The notes under the pieces: generated by a model
What the model was told of the DNA's origin: nothing
Databases searched by the model: none
Seen by the model: only the letters and a program-made list of their open reading frames with translations
Part shown: positions 33,662 through 46,037 of the stretch, piece by piece
Position numbering within the stretch: the stretch's first letter is position 1
Layout: each line of letters opens with the position of its first letter
Made by a program: the position numbers and the translations under genes
From: Entomortierella parvispora E1425
Lineage: Eukaryota > Fungi > Mortierellomycota
NCBI GenBank assembly: GCA_020891255.1
Contig: BQFW01000003.1
Coordinates: 620,001-684,000, forward strand
Direction of reading: 5' to 3'
Length of the DNA stretch: 64,000 nucleotides

Positions 33662-35794
33662 TCAAGTCTTTGTTCGTTTGACAGCGTGGCCATCGGCGAG
33701 CAATTCTTGGGATCCTGACAATGAAGCTTCAGCTGACCAAGTATCATCGCCATCGCCCTCAGCATCCTCCGCCTCATCTGACTGAGATTCGGCAGACGAT
33801 GGCCCTGCGGCCCCCCGCTTGCGGGCCGCGCCGGCAGTGCCCTTGGCGCCTCCGCCCTGGGATTTAGACAAGGCATCTGCTGCTGCCTTTTCAGCCGCAG
33901 TCATATGTGTCCGCTTGTGTCGCGTCACCTGATCAGGCCGTGAAAACTTCTTTCCGCAGCCAGGAAACGGGCACTGGAAGGGTCGCTCGCCCGTGTGCAC
34001 CCGCAAGTGTTTCGTCAGATTCGAACTCTCAGAGAACCACTTGTTACAACCTTCAAACTTGCACTTGAATGGCTTCTCGCCTGTGTGAATCCGTCGGTGG
34101 ATTGTCAATGCACCCGAGATGGAAAATTCGCGACCACATCCAGGTTCTGGACATTTGAACGGCTTCTCGCCTGTATGCGTCCGCATGTGCTGCGACATGA
34201 TATTGGCCTCTGAGAATCGTTTCCTGCATATCTGACACTGGTAAGGCTTATCGCCGGTGTGGGTTTGGATATGACGCATGGCCTTTTGTCGCTGTCCAAA
34301 GACGCGGCCATGCCGCTCGCAGTCTTCCCATTCGCAAACATATTCGCTCTTACCGTTGCCAATATGATCCTCGCTCAAATGGCTAGTGAGAGAGTCAAAG
34401 TTGGAGAACGTGCGACCACATCCTTTCCAACGACATCGAAGCTGGCTTTCCTCGCCTTCTGGCATCTTGACCTCTTCTGCAGTCCGCAACGCGCTCGGTG
34501 ACGATGCTATGACGGGGGTATCGGGAGAAAGGGCCTTTTTGATTATTGGTTCCGGTCGAAGAATCCCAGATTCTGGGATTGACGTCTGGGGGACAATGTG
34601 GTGATCTGAGCACAAGTGCTCGATCAGCTTGCCACCATCCATCTGCTCAGTTGAGCATTCCTCCCAAAGACACAGCGGGTGGTCGATTTCAGGTAGAGGT
34701 ACATGTCTTTGCGACACATGGGGAAGTAGATCTTCTTGAGAGAGGAACTCCGCGGAACATCCCGTCCACAAGCAACGAATGATATGGTCTAGCTCTGCAG
34801 GATCCATGGGATCTGGAGTCACTGACGTAGAGCTGACAGAGGCAAGAGAGGATGTTGAATGGTTCATCCCCGTAAAAGAGTCGCAAGAATGATGGTATGA
34901 TAATTCTCCGGTGCTGCTGTTGCTACTACTGTGGGAATGCTGGCCATGGTTGTGGATGTGGCTGCCATCATGGCTTGCAATGTTGACCTTGCTGACTTGG
35001 ACGCTAGTAGCCGCGTTGGGTAAGAAATGGAAGGCTGACTGTGAACCCTTATTGGCATGGCTCTCCGTGTGGTGGTGAGGCTTTTCGCCAGTTGACCAGG
35101 TACTTCTAGATTGACAGGAAACAATAAATATGTGGGGGGTTAATAAGCCAGGTGGTATCCGCGGGGTTTGAATCGGTGCATCCTTGTGTTCCTCTAGAGT
35201 CATTCTCGAGAAGACGGATAAAAACTCACGGATCAACGGGAGAGCTCTGCGAAGAGTGAACAGGTACATAGTGCAGTCCTTGCAAGGCAGTGGGCGTCGG
35301 GAGAGGGGTCAACATGGGTGTAGTCGAGGCAATTGATGCTGAGCTAGACATGGCTCCACTGCTAGAGCTAGAAGTAGCATCAGTAGGTGACTGAGCTGTG
35401 GAAGACTCTGGGCAGCAGGTTTGGCAACAGTCATCCAGCACTTCTGGATGCTCCGAGCAACAAGTTGTAGCCTGGCTAGCGTTTGCACTAAGGGCAGGAG
35501 CTGTCAGTTCCTGGCAGCAGTCTGCCTCCATGCCCTCCTTGTTTACAGTATCAACAATGCAACACTCAATCTTGGGAGGAGCATAGCCACCAATGACAGG
35601 GGGTGCATGTGCATGAGGACTGTTGCAGCATTCCAGCGCCTCGAGCGAAAGCCTTGTTTGCGGTCCGCAACATGAACTCGGTTCGACGGTGGAACAGCAA
35701 AAGTCGGTGATGTCGTGAGTCAATGAGCAACATTCATCAATGAATGCCTGGTCATGCTGCAACTGGAGTTGCTGCTGTAGCTGTTGCTGCTGAA

Positions 35795-35825
<31 letters not shown>

Positions 35826-36323
35826 TTGTTGTTGTTGCTGGTTTTGCTGGTGCCGCTGGAGCTGAAGCTGTAGATATTGCTGCTGTTGCAATTGTAGATT
35901 CTGCTGCTGTTGTAGTAACATTTGCTGTTGCTGTATCTGCTGTGCATGGGTCAAATGCGGATGCTGATGATGCGAGTGCTGTTGGTGCTGGTGCTGCTGC
36001 TGATGCTGGTGGTGCTGCTGATGCTGGTGCTGCTGATGCTGGTCCAGGTGCTGGTGTTGATGCTGATGCTGGTTCAGGTGCTGGTGTTGGTGCTGGTGTT
36101 GGTGCTGTGGCAGCTGTTGTGGCAACTGTTGTGGCAGTTGCTGTGATAGTTGCAGCTGAAGCTGCTGCTGCTGTTGTTGTAGTTGCTGTTCCTGTTGGTG
36201 CTGTTGGTGTTGAAGATGCTGGTGTTGATGCTGGGGGTGGACATAGTGGAAGGTCGAGGGGGAGGAGGAGGCGGTTGGGGAGACGAGTTGATGATGCAAC
36301 GAAGCATCAAATGCAGTCGACAT
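33662..36323 (-). CDS. ZAP1: Zinc-responsive C2H2 transcription factor, Zap1/ZafA-like, 845 aa, 8 fingers; exons 36323-35230, 35105-33662
   Basis: Tandem fingers with TGEKP linkers, including FSISGALTIHRRIHTGEKPFKC and FSESSNLTKHLRVH, which resemble the yeast Zap1 DNA-binding fingers. There are also tandem CxW-type finger pairs and His/Cys-rich N-terminal regions. Intron 35229-35106 is GTGAGT..TAG. Confidence 0.8.
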
Positions 36324-36411
36324 TGAGGGAGAGTCACCCTACTGAATGAAAGAAAATACAGATGGAGATGGATGGGGACAGCGAGAAGGAGAAAGGAGGA
36401 TAGGAGAGGGT

Positions 36412-36435
36412 AAAGGTGAAGGTGAAGGTGAAGGT
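36412..36435 (+). repeat. (AAGGT-containing) hexamer tandem AAAGGT(GAAGGT)3, about 90-110 bp upstream of the ZAP1-like ATG
   Basis: taaaggtgaaggtgaaggtgaaggtgag read directly. Confidence 0.8.
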
Positions 36436-37337
36436 GAGAGCAGCAATAACAAACAAGACAGATGCGAAGCAAAGAGAGAAAGACAAGAGAGAGAGAGCAC
36501 CCACAGCACAACGCAACATGCACCCGTCCCCTTTGCTCATCCCTCAAATGTCAGAAAAAGAGAGACCGCCACCAAATTGCGAAGTGGTGTCCCGTGGCTG
36601 GTGAGTGGCTGGCTTGATGTTTGATGTTTGGTGCGGGCGCACTCTCTAATTGCACAAGTGGGCGTTCATTCAATTACAGATGGTCCGAGGAGAGTGGCCG
36701 AGTCGACTCGAATCCCAGCGCTTTTGTAACTCCCTGCTGATCTCTTGTTCGCCTTTTCATTCCCTGATATTCGATTCTTGCGTCTGTAGGTTGGGATCAG
36801 TAACAGCCTGCAGCTCCCTCCAGAAGAGGGAGCAACGGAACAATTGGGAATGAAATCCAGTTCTGGGAAAACCAAAGCGCGTGCAGCTTGGACAGGAGAA
36901 GGCGATTGCTCATCCGAGTCACCGCTGTGTACACTCTCTGTGGGTGAGTCCCCGCCCACAGCGAGTGGGATTGTCCCCTTCCAACAAAAGAAACAAATGT
37001 CCGAGATCAAGGTTCGCGCTGTCTTCCGAAGAGTCGCATCGATTGGCGCACCGTCCTCCGTTGCATGTGCAGAGAGCGCCAGAGACCGAGCCAGCCTGTG
37101 AGTAACATGATTGTGCAGGCTTGCTGATCTCGGACAAAACTCTCCCTATCGCAAGCATAAAAGACACAGAGGCGCGAGCGCGTCCCTCCTTCTTCTCTCT
37201 CCTTCATCTCGTTTTCTCATTCACCCATTCCTCCCGCTCTCACCCCTCACCCCTCATTCCTGCTTCATCGCAGTTTTTTGTACAAAGTAGTCCTACCCTC
37301 TCTTTCCTTTCTTGCCTTTTAATTCCTACACTACATC

Positions 37338-39809
37338 ATGTCCAGTTTCCTTTCTGCCGCTGCCCAGCAGGTTGCCGGCCAGGTTAAAATGTACGGTCCA
37401 TATGTGTTCATACAACACGCGTGTGAATTATTCCTTTGAATCGATTCTTGATGACAACATGGTTCCTTGGAGCTAACAGTCGATTCTTAAACATAAACAC
37501 CTTTAGTCACGGAAGATCTTCTGCCAGAGTCGCAGCTGTGCAATGTCATCGCTACACCACAGGATCAGGATCTTCCAACACAGAACTCAACAAGTTCAGT
37601 TCCAAGATCACACAGCCAAAGTCCCAGGGAGCATCACAAGCCATGCGTAAGTTTCAGGGGGGAGAAAAAGTAGTAGCATTCATGTCTTCATCTCGTAGCT
37701 GTATTTTCAAGCACCTTGCTAACAGTGATTCGGATCTTGAACTACTTTTGCGAATGCAGTGTACGCTACCGGACTGAAGGAGGCTGATATGAGCAAGGCC
37801 CAGGTCGGTATCTCCAGTGTGTAAGTTTCTATGGTTCCATTGCAGAGATCCAGAAGACAAAAGTGACTCAGTTGACTCGATGCTGCTCCGATAAAAAAGA
37901 TTTTTGATTTTTTGGCTTCAGTCCCTGTGACCTACTTGATCTGACGGATCTTTCTTTTTTTCTCTTTACTTTTCAGTTGGTATGAGGGCAACCCCTGCAA
38001 CATGCATTTGAACGACTTGGCTGCCAAGGTCAAGGAGGGTGTCAAGGCTGCAGGCTTGGTTGGTTACAGATTCAACACTATCGGTGTCAGTGATGGCATG
38101 TCCATGGGCACCTCCGGCATGAGCTACTCCCTTCAAAGCAGAGATATCATTGCCGATTCGATCGAGACGGTAAGTGGGGATTCCTGGGATCCACTAGGAT
38201 GCCAGTCATGTTTGTCATGTGCAAAGATCAAGAAGCGTTTAGTTCTCGGCTCCTCATTCGATGCGCAAAAGAAAGAGGAAAAAAAGTCATTTTTTGGCCT
38301 TGCCTCCCCCGAAACCCTAATTTACTCACCCAACGACTTGTTCTTTTTCTCTTATCTTTTGACAGGTTATGAGCGGGCAATGGTACGATGCCAACATCTC
38401 CTTGCCCGGATGCGACAAGAACATGCCTGGATGTTTGATCGCCATGGGCCGTGTCAACCGCCCTTCGCTCATGGTCTACGGAGGCACCATCAAGCCTGGT
38501 GCGTCCGCTTGCAACCAGGGAACTCTTGATATTGTCTCTGCTTTCCAATCCTACGGATCGTACCTCGCCGGTACTATTACTGAGACTCAGCGCCAGGATA
38601 TTGTCCGCCACTCGTGCCCTGGTGCCGGAGCCTGCGGTGGAATGTACACTGCCAACACCAGTAAGTAATTTTGCCAGATCAGCTGCACTTTTATTTATCA
38701 ACAATGAGCAAACAACTGATCCTACGGCTGCTTGACGATTTATAGTGGCTTCCGCTATTGAGGCTATGGGTATGACTCTTCCCTACAGTTCCTCGATCCC
38801 TGCAGAGTACCCCGAGAAACTTCAGGAATGTTTCGCTGCTGGAAAGGCCATCCGCAATTTGATGGAGCTTGACCTCAAGCCCCGCGATATCATGACCCGC
38901 GAGGCTTTCGAGAACGCCATGGTTTTGACCATGATCTTGGGAGGCTCGACCAACGCCGTTCTTCACTTGATCGCCATCGCCCGTTCGGTCGATGTCAAGT
39001 TGACTATTGATGACTTCCAGAGTGTCAGTGAGCGCACCCCTCTTTTGGCCGACTTGAAGCCATCCGGAAAGTACGTGATGGAGGATGTGCACCGTATCGG
39101 AGGCACCCCTGCTGTTCTCAAGTACTTGCTCGAGAACGGACTCATCAACGGAGACTGCCTCACTGTCACTGGAAAGACTTTGGCCGAGAACTTGAAGGAT
39201 GTCCCTGGTCTGATTGAAGGCCAGGATGTCATTCGTCCCTTGTCCAACCCTATCAAGGCCACCGGACACTTGTGCATCCTCAAGGGTAACCTTGCCCCTC
39301 TCGGATCTGTTGCCAAGATTACTGGAAAGGAGGGTCTCTTCTTTGAGGGACCTGCCAACGTCTACGATCACGAGACCGACATGTTGCACGGCTTGGAGAA
39401 GGGTGAGATCAAGAAGGGTCAGGTCATCATTATCCGTTACTCTGGCCCCAAGGGTGGTCCAGGTATGCCCGAGATGTTGACCCCTACCTCTGCTATCATG
39501 GGTGCTGGTCTTGGTAACGATGTTGCTTTGCTTACCGATGGTCGCTTCTCCGGTGGAAGCCACGGTTTCATTATCGGACACATCACCCCTGAGGCTCAGG
39601 AGGGCGGTCCCATTGGTTTGATCAAGAACGGCGATATTGTGTCGATTGATGCTGACAAGAAGACCATCGATGTCAAGGTCTCGGACCAGGAGATGGATGC
39701 CCGTCGCGCTGCCTGGGTTGCTCCTCCTTTCAAGGCCACCCGCGGTACCTTGTTCAAGTATATCAAGAACGTCAAGAACGCCAGTGATGGATGCGTTACT
39801 GACGAGTAA
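37338..39809 (+). CDS. ILV3: Dihydroxy-acid dehydratase, mitochondrial, multi-exon
   Basis: Presequence-like N-terminus, then [125 protein letters not shown]. Confidence 0.96.
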
Positions 39810-39899
39810 ATCTATTCCCACCATTCGACTCTCCCAAATCATGACAATAAACTGAAGCGATAGCGCTTTGTATTTTTATTCTTTTGATTATTGCTCCCA

Positions 39900-41834
39900 T
39901 CAAGAAGAGTCCGCTTTAGCTCGCTTTGCTTCATGATCCGTCTCCTCCGCGTCTTCCGCTTTTGATTCTTGACCTTCCTCGTCAATTGGGTGTTTTTGAG
40001 AAGTGGGAACCTCGCTAGTCTCTTTTCCCCCCTCCTGGATGATGGTATACACAGGCTTAGGAGATCCAGCAAGGTTCGCAAAGAGCATTGCGCGCAGTAG
40101 CTCCGCCACAACCCAGACGTTCAAACTATTGCCCAATAACTTGTACCGTTGAATGGCCTTCAGTTTCTCGGGGAACTTCAAGAATGGACCTTCTGCGTTT
40201 TGGGCGAGACGAGGATTAAATGGTCGAATGCTGGTAAGGGTATCCTGTAGTTCAGTTGTCACTGACGAGTTGGCGTCCTTGATGGCAAAGGGACTATCTG
40301 AGGGGCATTCCTCCTTTAAGGGAAAGACGTGAAGACGTGCCACTTCGGTGGGTGAGAGAAATCGCAATCCCAAGTTGGCTATTGACTCTGAGTCTGCAAA
40401 GTCGTATTCCTGCTGATCCATATTCTGTGTTTGAAGAAGTCCGCCACCACTTGCAACGTGATGGCTACCATAGGCTTTGGTAAAGCAGCTAGATCTGTTG
40501 GAGGATGGGCGGAGAACGTCTGTAATAAATGCCATTATTTTTGATTAATATCTTCGGTAAAGCACACATGTGAACCCGATCTTGATCCTGTCAATATATG
40601 TGTTAGCTTACCGAAACGAAAGTTGGGTCTCTCGAGGACAAGCTGTCGTGGCAACAAGAACTCTTTGTTCTGACTCTCATCCTTGTCCAAGAAATGTCGG
40701 ATTTCAGGCAAAGTAAATGGATGTTGATTCAACTTCTTATTGGGATCCTCCACAAATGCTGGAAAAGGCCAATTGGTATAAATGGGCTCTGTCTCTGGAT
40801 CAAAAACTTTGCTGCGAATATCTCCAGTGCCTGACGAAAGTTGTTGTTGTTGTTGCTCATCGCTAAAGCTCGATCGAAGTCGTGCCATCAAGAAGTACCG
40901 AAGACGGTCGTTGGGCACTCCAAAGTTGAAAGGTGCAAGTAAGCACTCCCGGAAAACGTATCCCATTTTGTTCAACAGTCTAACGAGCCTGTCCCTTGAT
41001 CGAGAAGTCTATAGGAATCAAAATGGAGCAGATCAGCAAGAAGTTGCTGCAGTGACGGTCGTGCTTCGTCTTCAAATCCTCCAAGTATGGATGACATACC
41101 TCAAAGTTCTTCACGTTCTCAAGGAAAAGATATGTTGGAGGCAACTTCATCTTTTCCAACTGATCCAGCAAATGGAGTAGTGGTTTTGCTCGATTGTCCT
41201 GATCATCTAAAAGTTTTCCTCCGCGAGTGTATGGCTAGTTGATTCAATGAGGATTTGTTCAGTGCTTTTGAACTCGAGGATCATTCTCTCACAATTTGAC
41301 TTCAAGCGATTATACCTGGCAAGGTGGACTCATGAGCCAGCAATTGGCGTTATATCTGGAATCAATCAAGTTGAAAAGTTAGATCCTGATGTAGGTAGAA
41401 TGAAAAGTCCAGTATCCATGCTCGTGGTTTAATCCCGTGGTTCAAACGTACTTTTCAATATCCTTTACCAAGAGCCGATCGATTCCTCTCTAAGTAAATT
41501 GATGCGGGCAGCAGATCGAAGACGTGACAAATATTAAGGGATGATACAATTGAAAGTGTAACGAAGGGTTGGATTCTTACCGAAACTGGGTGCTTCCCAA
41601 AGCTTAGTTTATACGTTTCGTTGGCTTGCTGATTCATATCAAAACTTTCCAGCACTTGTCCTTCCACTCCGCTGGCATTAAAGCCAAAGTGCTGCGTGAG
41701 GAAAACGAGAATGGGCAGGAAAAGTTAGTCTATCAGAACCCACAGCTTCATATTGACTTGGGCTATGGTGTCAACGGTGCACGTACCAGCCCGCCGATTC
41801 CGCTAAAGAACTCGAGTGCTCTAATGGATGTCAT
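39900..41834 (-). CDS. DNMT2: DNMT2/TRDMT1 tRNA (cytosine-38-C5) methyltransferase, multi-exon
   Basis: Motif I MTSIRALEFFSGIGGL, motif IV WLMSPPCQ|PYTR, motif VI FLENVKNFE, motif VIII FGVPNDRLRYFLMA, the DNMT2-diagnostic SCFTKAYG, and motif X YKLLGNSLNV. All exons join in frame through GT-AG introns. Confidence 0.93.
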
Positions 41835-42053
41835 TGTCGTGTCGAGGTCGAGTCGAGTCGTGAATGGAAGAGATGCAGCAGCCAGCGAACACAGAAAAGA
41901 AAGAACAGAGTGCCACCAAAATCATCTTTTGTAGTGCACACGACTGGAGACTATCCAGTGACGTCGGAAAAAAAAATAAAAATTTTCAACAAAAGCGGAG
42001 AGCAGCCCGGCTTTGTTTGTTCCACCCTTTCTCTCTTCAACAAATTTGTCGAC
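41835..42053. promoter_or_regulatory. Probable compact bidirectional promoter shared by DNMT2 and SSB1
   Basis: Only 219 bp separate the two divergent start codons, and the interval contains a poly(A) tract. No specific binding site was identified. Confidence 0.55.
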
Positions 42054-44515
42054 ATGTCTGAAGTTACTGACCTTGCCATCGGAATCGATCTCGGGTAGGT
42101 CCTTTGTACCATACGGACAACCTATCTCAGGAGGCCATAGAGTCTCTCTCACTGGACTCAGGACAGGAACGGCTGCACTGGAAGGCGAGAATCGTCTTGA
42201 TCCTTTTAGATGCTTTCAGGAATTGGAACAGGAGGGCTGTCAAATCGAAAGTCGACTTTGCATCCGGATTAAAAAAAAAACGACAAAAAGGCGATTATTC
42301 TCGTGGTTTTGAAGCCTCATTGCCACCTGCCTGGTTACCAATGGCTTTTTTCAGGATCGACATCGCCATCCACTATTTTTTAGCGAATTCGATTTGTTTT
42401 TAGTTTCAGTTTCCTGGATTCTCCCCTGGAGGCTGGATCTGAACAACTGAATTCCAGATCGATGGCAAATCGGAACTGGGATGCTGCATCATGGCAATAC
42501 CCAAAATCAGAAAACCACTGTTTGATTTGTACAGCCACCATCGCTACGATCAGGATCGCCACCCAAAAAGCGAAATCAGCACAAGTATTGACTTTTTGTG
42601 CCGACCTTTTCAACTTTTAGTACCACCTACTCCTGCGTTGCCGTCTGGGAGTCTGAGCGTGTTGAGATTATCGCTAACGAGCAGGGTAACCGTACCACCC
42701 CTTCGTACGTTGCCTTCTCTGATGCCGAGCGTCTCATCGGTGATGCCGCCAAGAACCAGGCTGCCATGAACGCCACCAACACCGTTTTCGATGCCAAGCG
42801 TCTTATCGGTCGCCGTTTCGATGACCCCGAGGTCAAGTCTGACATGAAGCACTGGCCTTTCACCGTCATTGACAAGGACACCGCTCCCTTCATCCAGGTC
42901 GAGTACCAGGGTGAGAAGAAGGAGTTCTCCCCCCAGGAGATCTCTGCCATGGTCCTCGTCAAGATGAAGGAGATCGCTGAGGCCAAGCTCGGAAAGACCG
43001 TCACCAAGGCTGTCATCACCGTCCCCGCCTACTTCAACGATGCTCAGCGTCACGCCACCAAGGATGCTGGTGCCATTGCTGGTCTCGATGTTCTCCGTAA
43101 GTCTATAGTCTATGGATATCTGATCTATTACATACCTGGAGTACGAACGTTGCAGTCTAACATTCAATTGGTCCACTCTTTTAGGTATCATCAACGAGCC
43201 CACTGCTGCCGCCATCGCCTACGGTTTGGACTCCAAGGAGACCAAGGAGAAGAACGTTCTCATCTTCGATTTGGGTGGTGGAACCTTCGATGTTTCCCTC
43301 CTTACCATCACCGGAGGTGTCTTCGCCGTCAAGGCCACCGCTGGTGACACTCACTTGGGAGGTGAGGATTTCGATAACACCCTCTTGGAGCACTTCAAGG
43401 AGGAGTTCAAGCGCAAGCACAAGAAGGACATCACCGGTGACAACCGTGCCATCCGTCGTCTTCGTACCGCTTGCGAGCGTGCCAAGCGCACCTTGTCCTC
43501 TTTGGCCCAGACCACCATCGAGGTCGACTCCCTCTTCGAGGGTGTTGACTTCCAGGCCAACATCACCCGTGCCCGTTTCGAGGAGATCAACTCTGTTCAC
43601 TTCAACAACACCATCGAGCCCGTCAAGAAGGTCCTCAAGGATGCCAAGTTCACCAAGAAGGAGGTCGATGAGGTCGTCTTGGTCGGTGGTTCCACCCGTA
43701 TTCCCAAGATCCAGGCTCTTTTGACCGAGTTCTTCGACGGAAAGGAGTTGAACAAGTCCATCAACCCCGATGAGGCTGTCGCCTACGGTGCTGCCGTCCA
43801 GGCCGCCGTCTTGACCAACCAGGCCGGTAACGCCAAGACCCAGGATCTTTTGCTCTTGGATGTCGTTCCCCTCTCCCTCGGAGTTGAGATGCAGGGTGGT
43901 GTCATGGCCGTCGTTGTTCCCCGTAACACTGCCATCCCCACCATCAAGAAGAAGACCTTCACCACCACCGAGGATGGTCAGACCACCGTCCAGTTCCCCG
44001 TCTACGAGGGTGAGCGTCCCATGACCCGCGACAACAACTTGCTCGGCAAGTTCGAGCTCTCTGGCATTGCCCCCATGCCCCGCGGCACCCCCGAGCTCGA
44101 GTGTACCTTCGAGTTGAACGCCGATGGTATCCTCAAGGTCACCGCCATGGACAAGGCCACTGGTCGCAAGGCCAACATCACCATCTCCAACGGAGCTGGT
44201 CGTCTCTCTGCCGCCGATATTGAGCGCATGGTCTCTGAGGCCGAGAAGTTCAAGGATGAGGATCGCAAGAACGAGGAGATCGTTCAGTCCAAGCAGGAGC
44301 TCGAGTCCTACATTTACCAGATCCAGGGTACCCTCAACGAGCCCAACGTCTCCATGAAGCTCAAGCGCAACGACAAGCGCGACATTGAGAACGCTTTGGA
44401 GGAGGCCATGGCCGCTCTCCAGATCGAGGAGCTCGCTGAGAAGGACACCTTCGTCCTTGCCCAGCGCAAGCTCAAGCGCACAGTCACCAAGGGTTTCGCT
44501 TCCCTCTCCCGTTAA
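42054..44515 (+). CDS. SSB1: Ribosome-associated Hsp70, SSB type, 615 aa; exons 42054-42094, 42621-43096, 43185-44515
   Basis: AIGIDLG|[59 protein letters not shown]. Ends [13 protein letters not shown] with no EEVD, as in fungal SSB. Strong codon bias. Confidence 0.93.
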
Positions 44516-46037
44516 AGACGTGTCGTGTTTTTTCCTTAATAAACCTGAAAAAGTTGTTTGTTTGAACTATTATCTATTTCGTTCGTCGAGGTGTCATCAT
44601 GAAGGAGGACAGAACTGGAGCTGGAATCAGAAATGACTGCACTTTGACAAGGTGGATATCAAGTCGTTTTGGTCACTGCAGCTACAGAGCACACACAAAA
44701 AGCGACGCGTCCCCAAATACGTAGAGAGCATTGGCGCTCCATCCAAAGATGTATGCCGCTTGTGGAAACGTGAGGCAATAACAAACCCATCCACACCATC
44801 TCCTCCTAAATCCCTCCTCACAGTGTTTGCTTTTCAAGGTTGAGGAGGAAAATGAGCTTGTAGTTCAACGATGAGGGCTTTTTTTTGGATGCGCTCAATA
44901 ATTGAAACTTCAACTCTTCAGCATTGGTCTTTGGAGTCCATGCAGATGAAACGCAATGGAAGCTGGAGCAGGAAAAAGAACATCCGGAAAGCAACACGCA
45001 CATGACGATTATAAACATTGGAGCGGAGGATGGTCCTGAGAACAATACAAGGTGCCACCATTAAAAAGTGTAAAAAAAAGAATCATATGTTCACAGACGA
45101 CCATCGAGCATAGGGGCAAAGAAACAGATGGAAGTCAATCTTTCATCGATAACCCTACCCACACAAGACTGCAAGACTGCCTGCACAACATACGTTTCCC
45201 ATGGATAAAGTCTTCCGAGGTGGAAAAAAAAACACGTTTTTTGTTTTTTTTGTTTGCTTTTGTTTATATCCAGCGCGTTGTTGTATGAGCAAAAGGGGAA
45301 GGCATGGACTCTCATTCCTCTGTGAGAAAATAAAAAAATTGTGGAGCGAGCAAAAAACATCAACAACCGAAAAAGAGCGCATCTTTTGATTGTTTTCGAG
45401 GGGTGGAAGGAAGGGGCGGGTCTAAACACATGTGGAGATTGGCTCATGGGACTCTTTGACAAGAAGATGAGCGCTCTTGAACAACTACACCACTCTGCAC
45501 ACTCCCCTATCCACACCAGAGAATGGTTATGAACCGCTCACAGGGTCATTCACGCCTCTTTCGCCTTTTGATCATGGGATTTATTGCTCCCTTGGCCACT
45601 ACCTCTTTGCCTCGCCCCGCATTGCATGCCATTTGGAGAAGTTGGCTGTTACTGCGCCCTGCTGTCTAGATGACCATGGAAATTCCGGGAGAGGCCAATG
45701 GGAGCAGTAAGTGTCAGAAGGTAGAGGAAAGATGGTGGACAGAAGCAGAACCGCAATTGGCCCCACTTCCAATTTTTTTCTGTTTATTGTTCTTTGTCGA
45801 ATGGCAAACAAAAGAATGAGAACCTTAAAAGAGTTGACTGATTTTAGGTCGAGGGAATAATGACGACGATTGAAGTAAAAAGACTTGTTAGTCGATAATG
45901 AAGAAGAATAGGTGATAAGAGGATGTGTTGTGGGTGGCAAGAAATATATGATACAGAAACGAATAATGGAAAAAAAAGACAAAAAAAAAGAAGAGAGGGA
46001 TCATGTCGGCCCTTTTCTTTCTACGACCATTTTTTCT

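Noticed and set aside
35744-36349. 201-aa Ala/Val/Gly-rich + strand ORF resembling an elastin-like or antifreeze protein
   Set aside because: Antisense reading of the CAG/CAC/CAA repeats that encode the Q/H tract of the Zap1-like factor.
38691-39842. 383-aa antisense ORF over ILV3
   Set aside because: Shadow ORF from biased codon usage. It fully overlaps a conserved enzyme.
42610-44268. Long antisense ORFs opposite the Hsp70 gene
   Set aside because: A well-known by-product of strong codon bias in highly expressed Hsp70 genes. No independent start or domain evidence.
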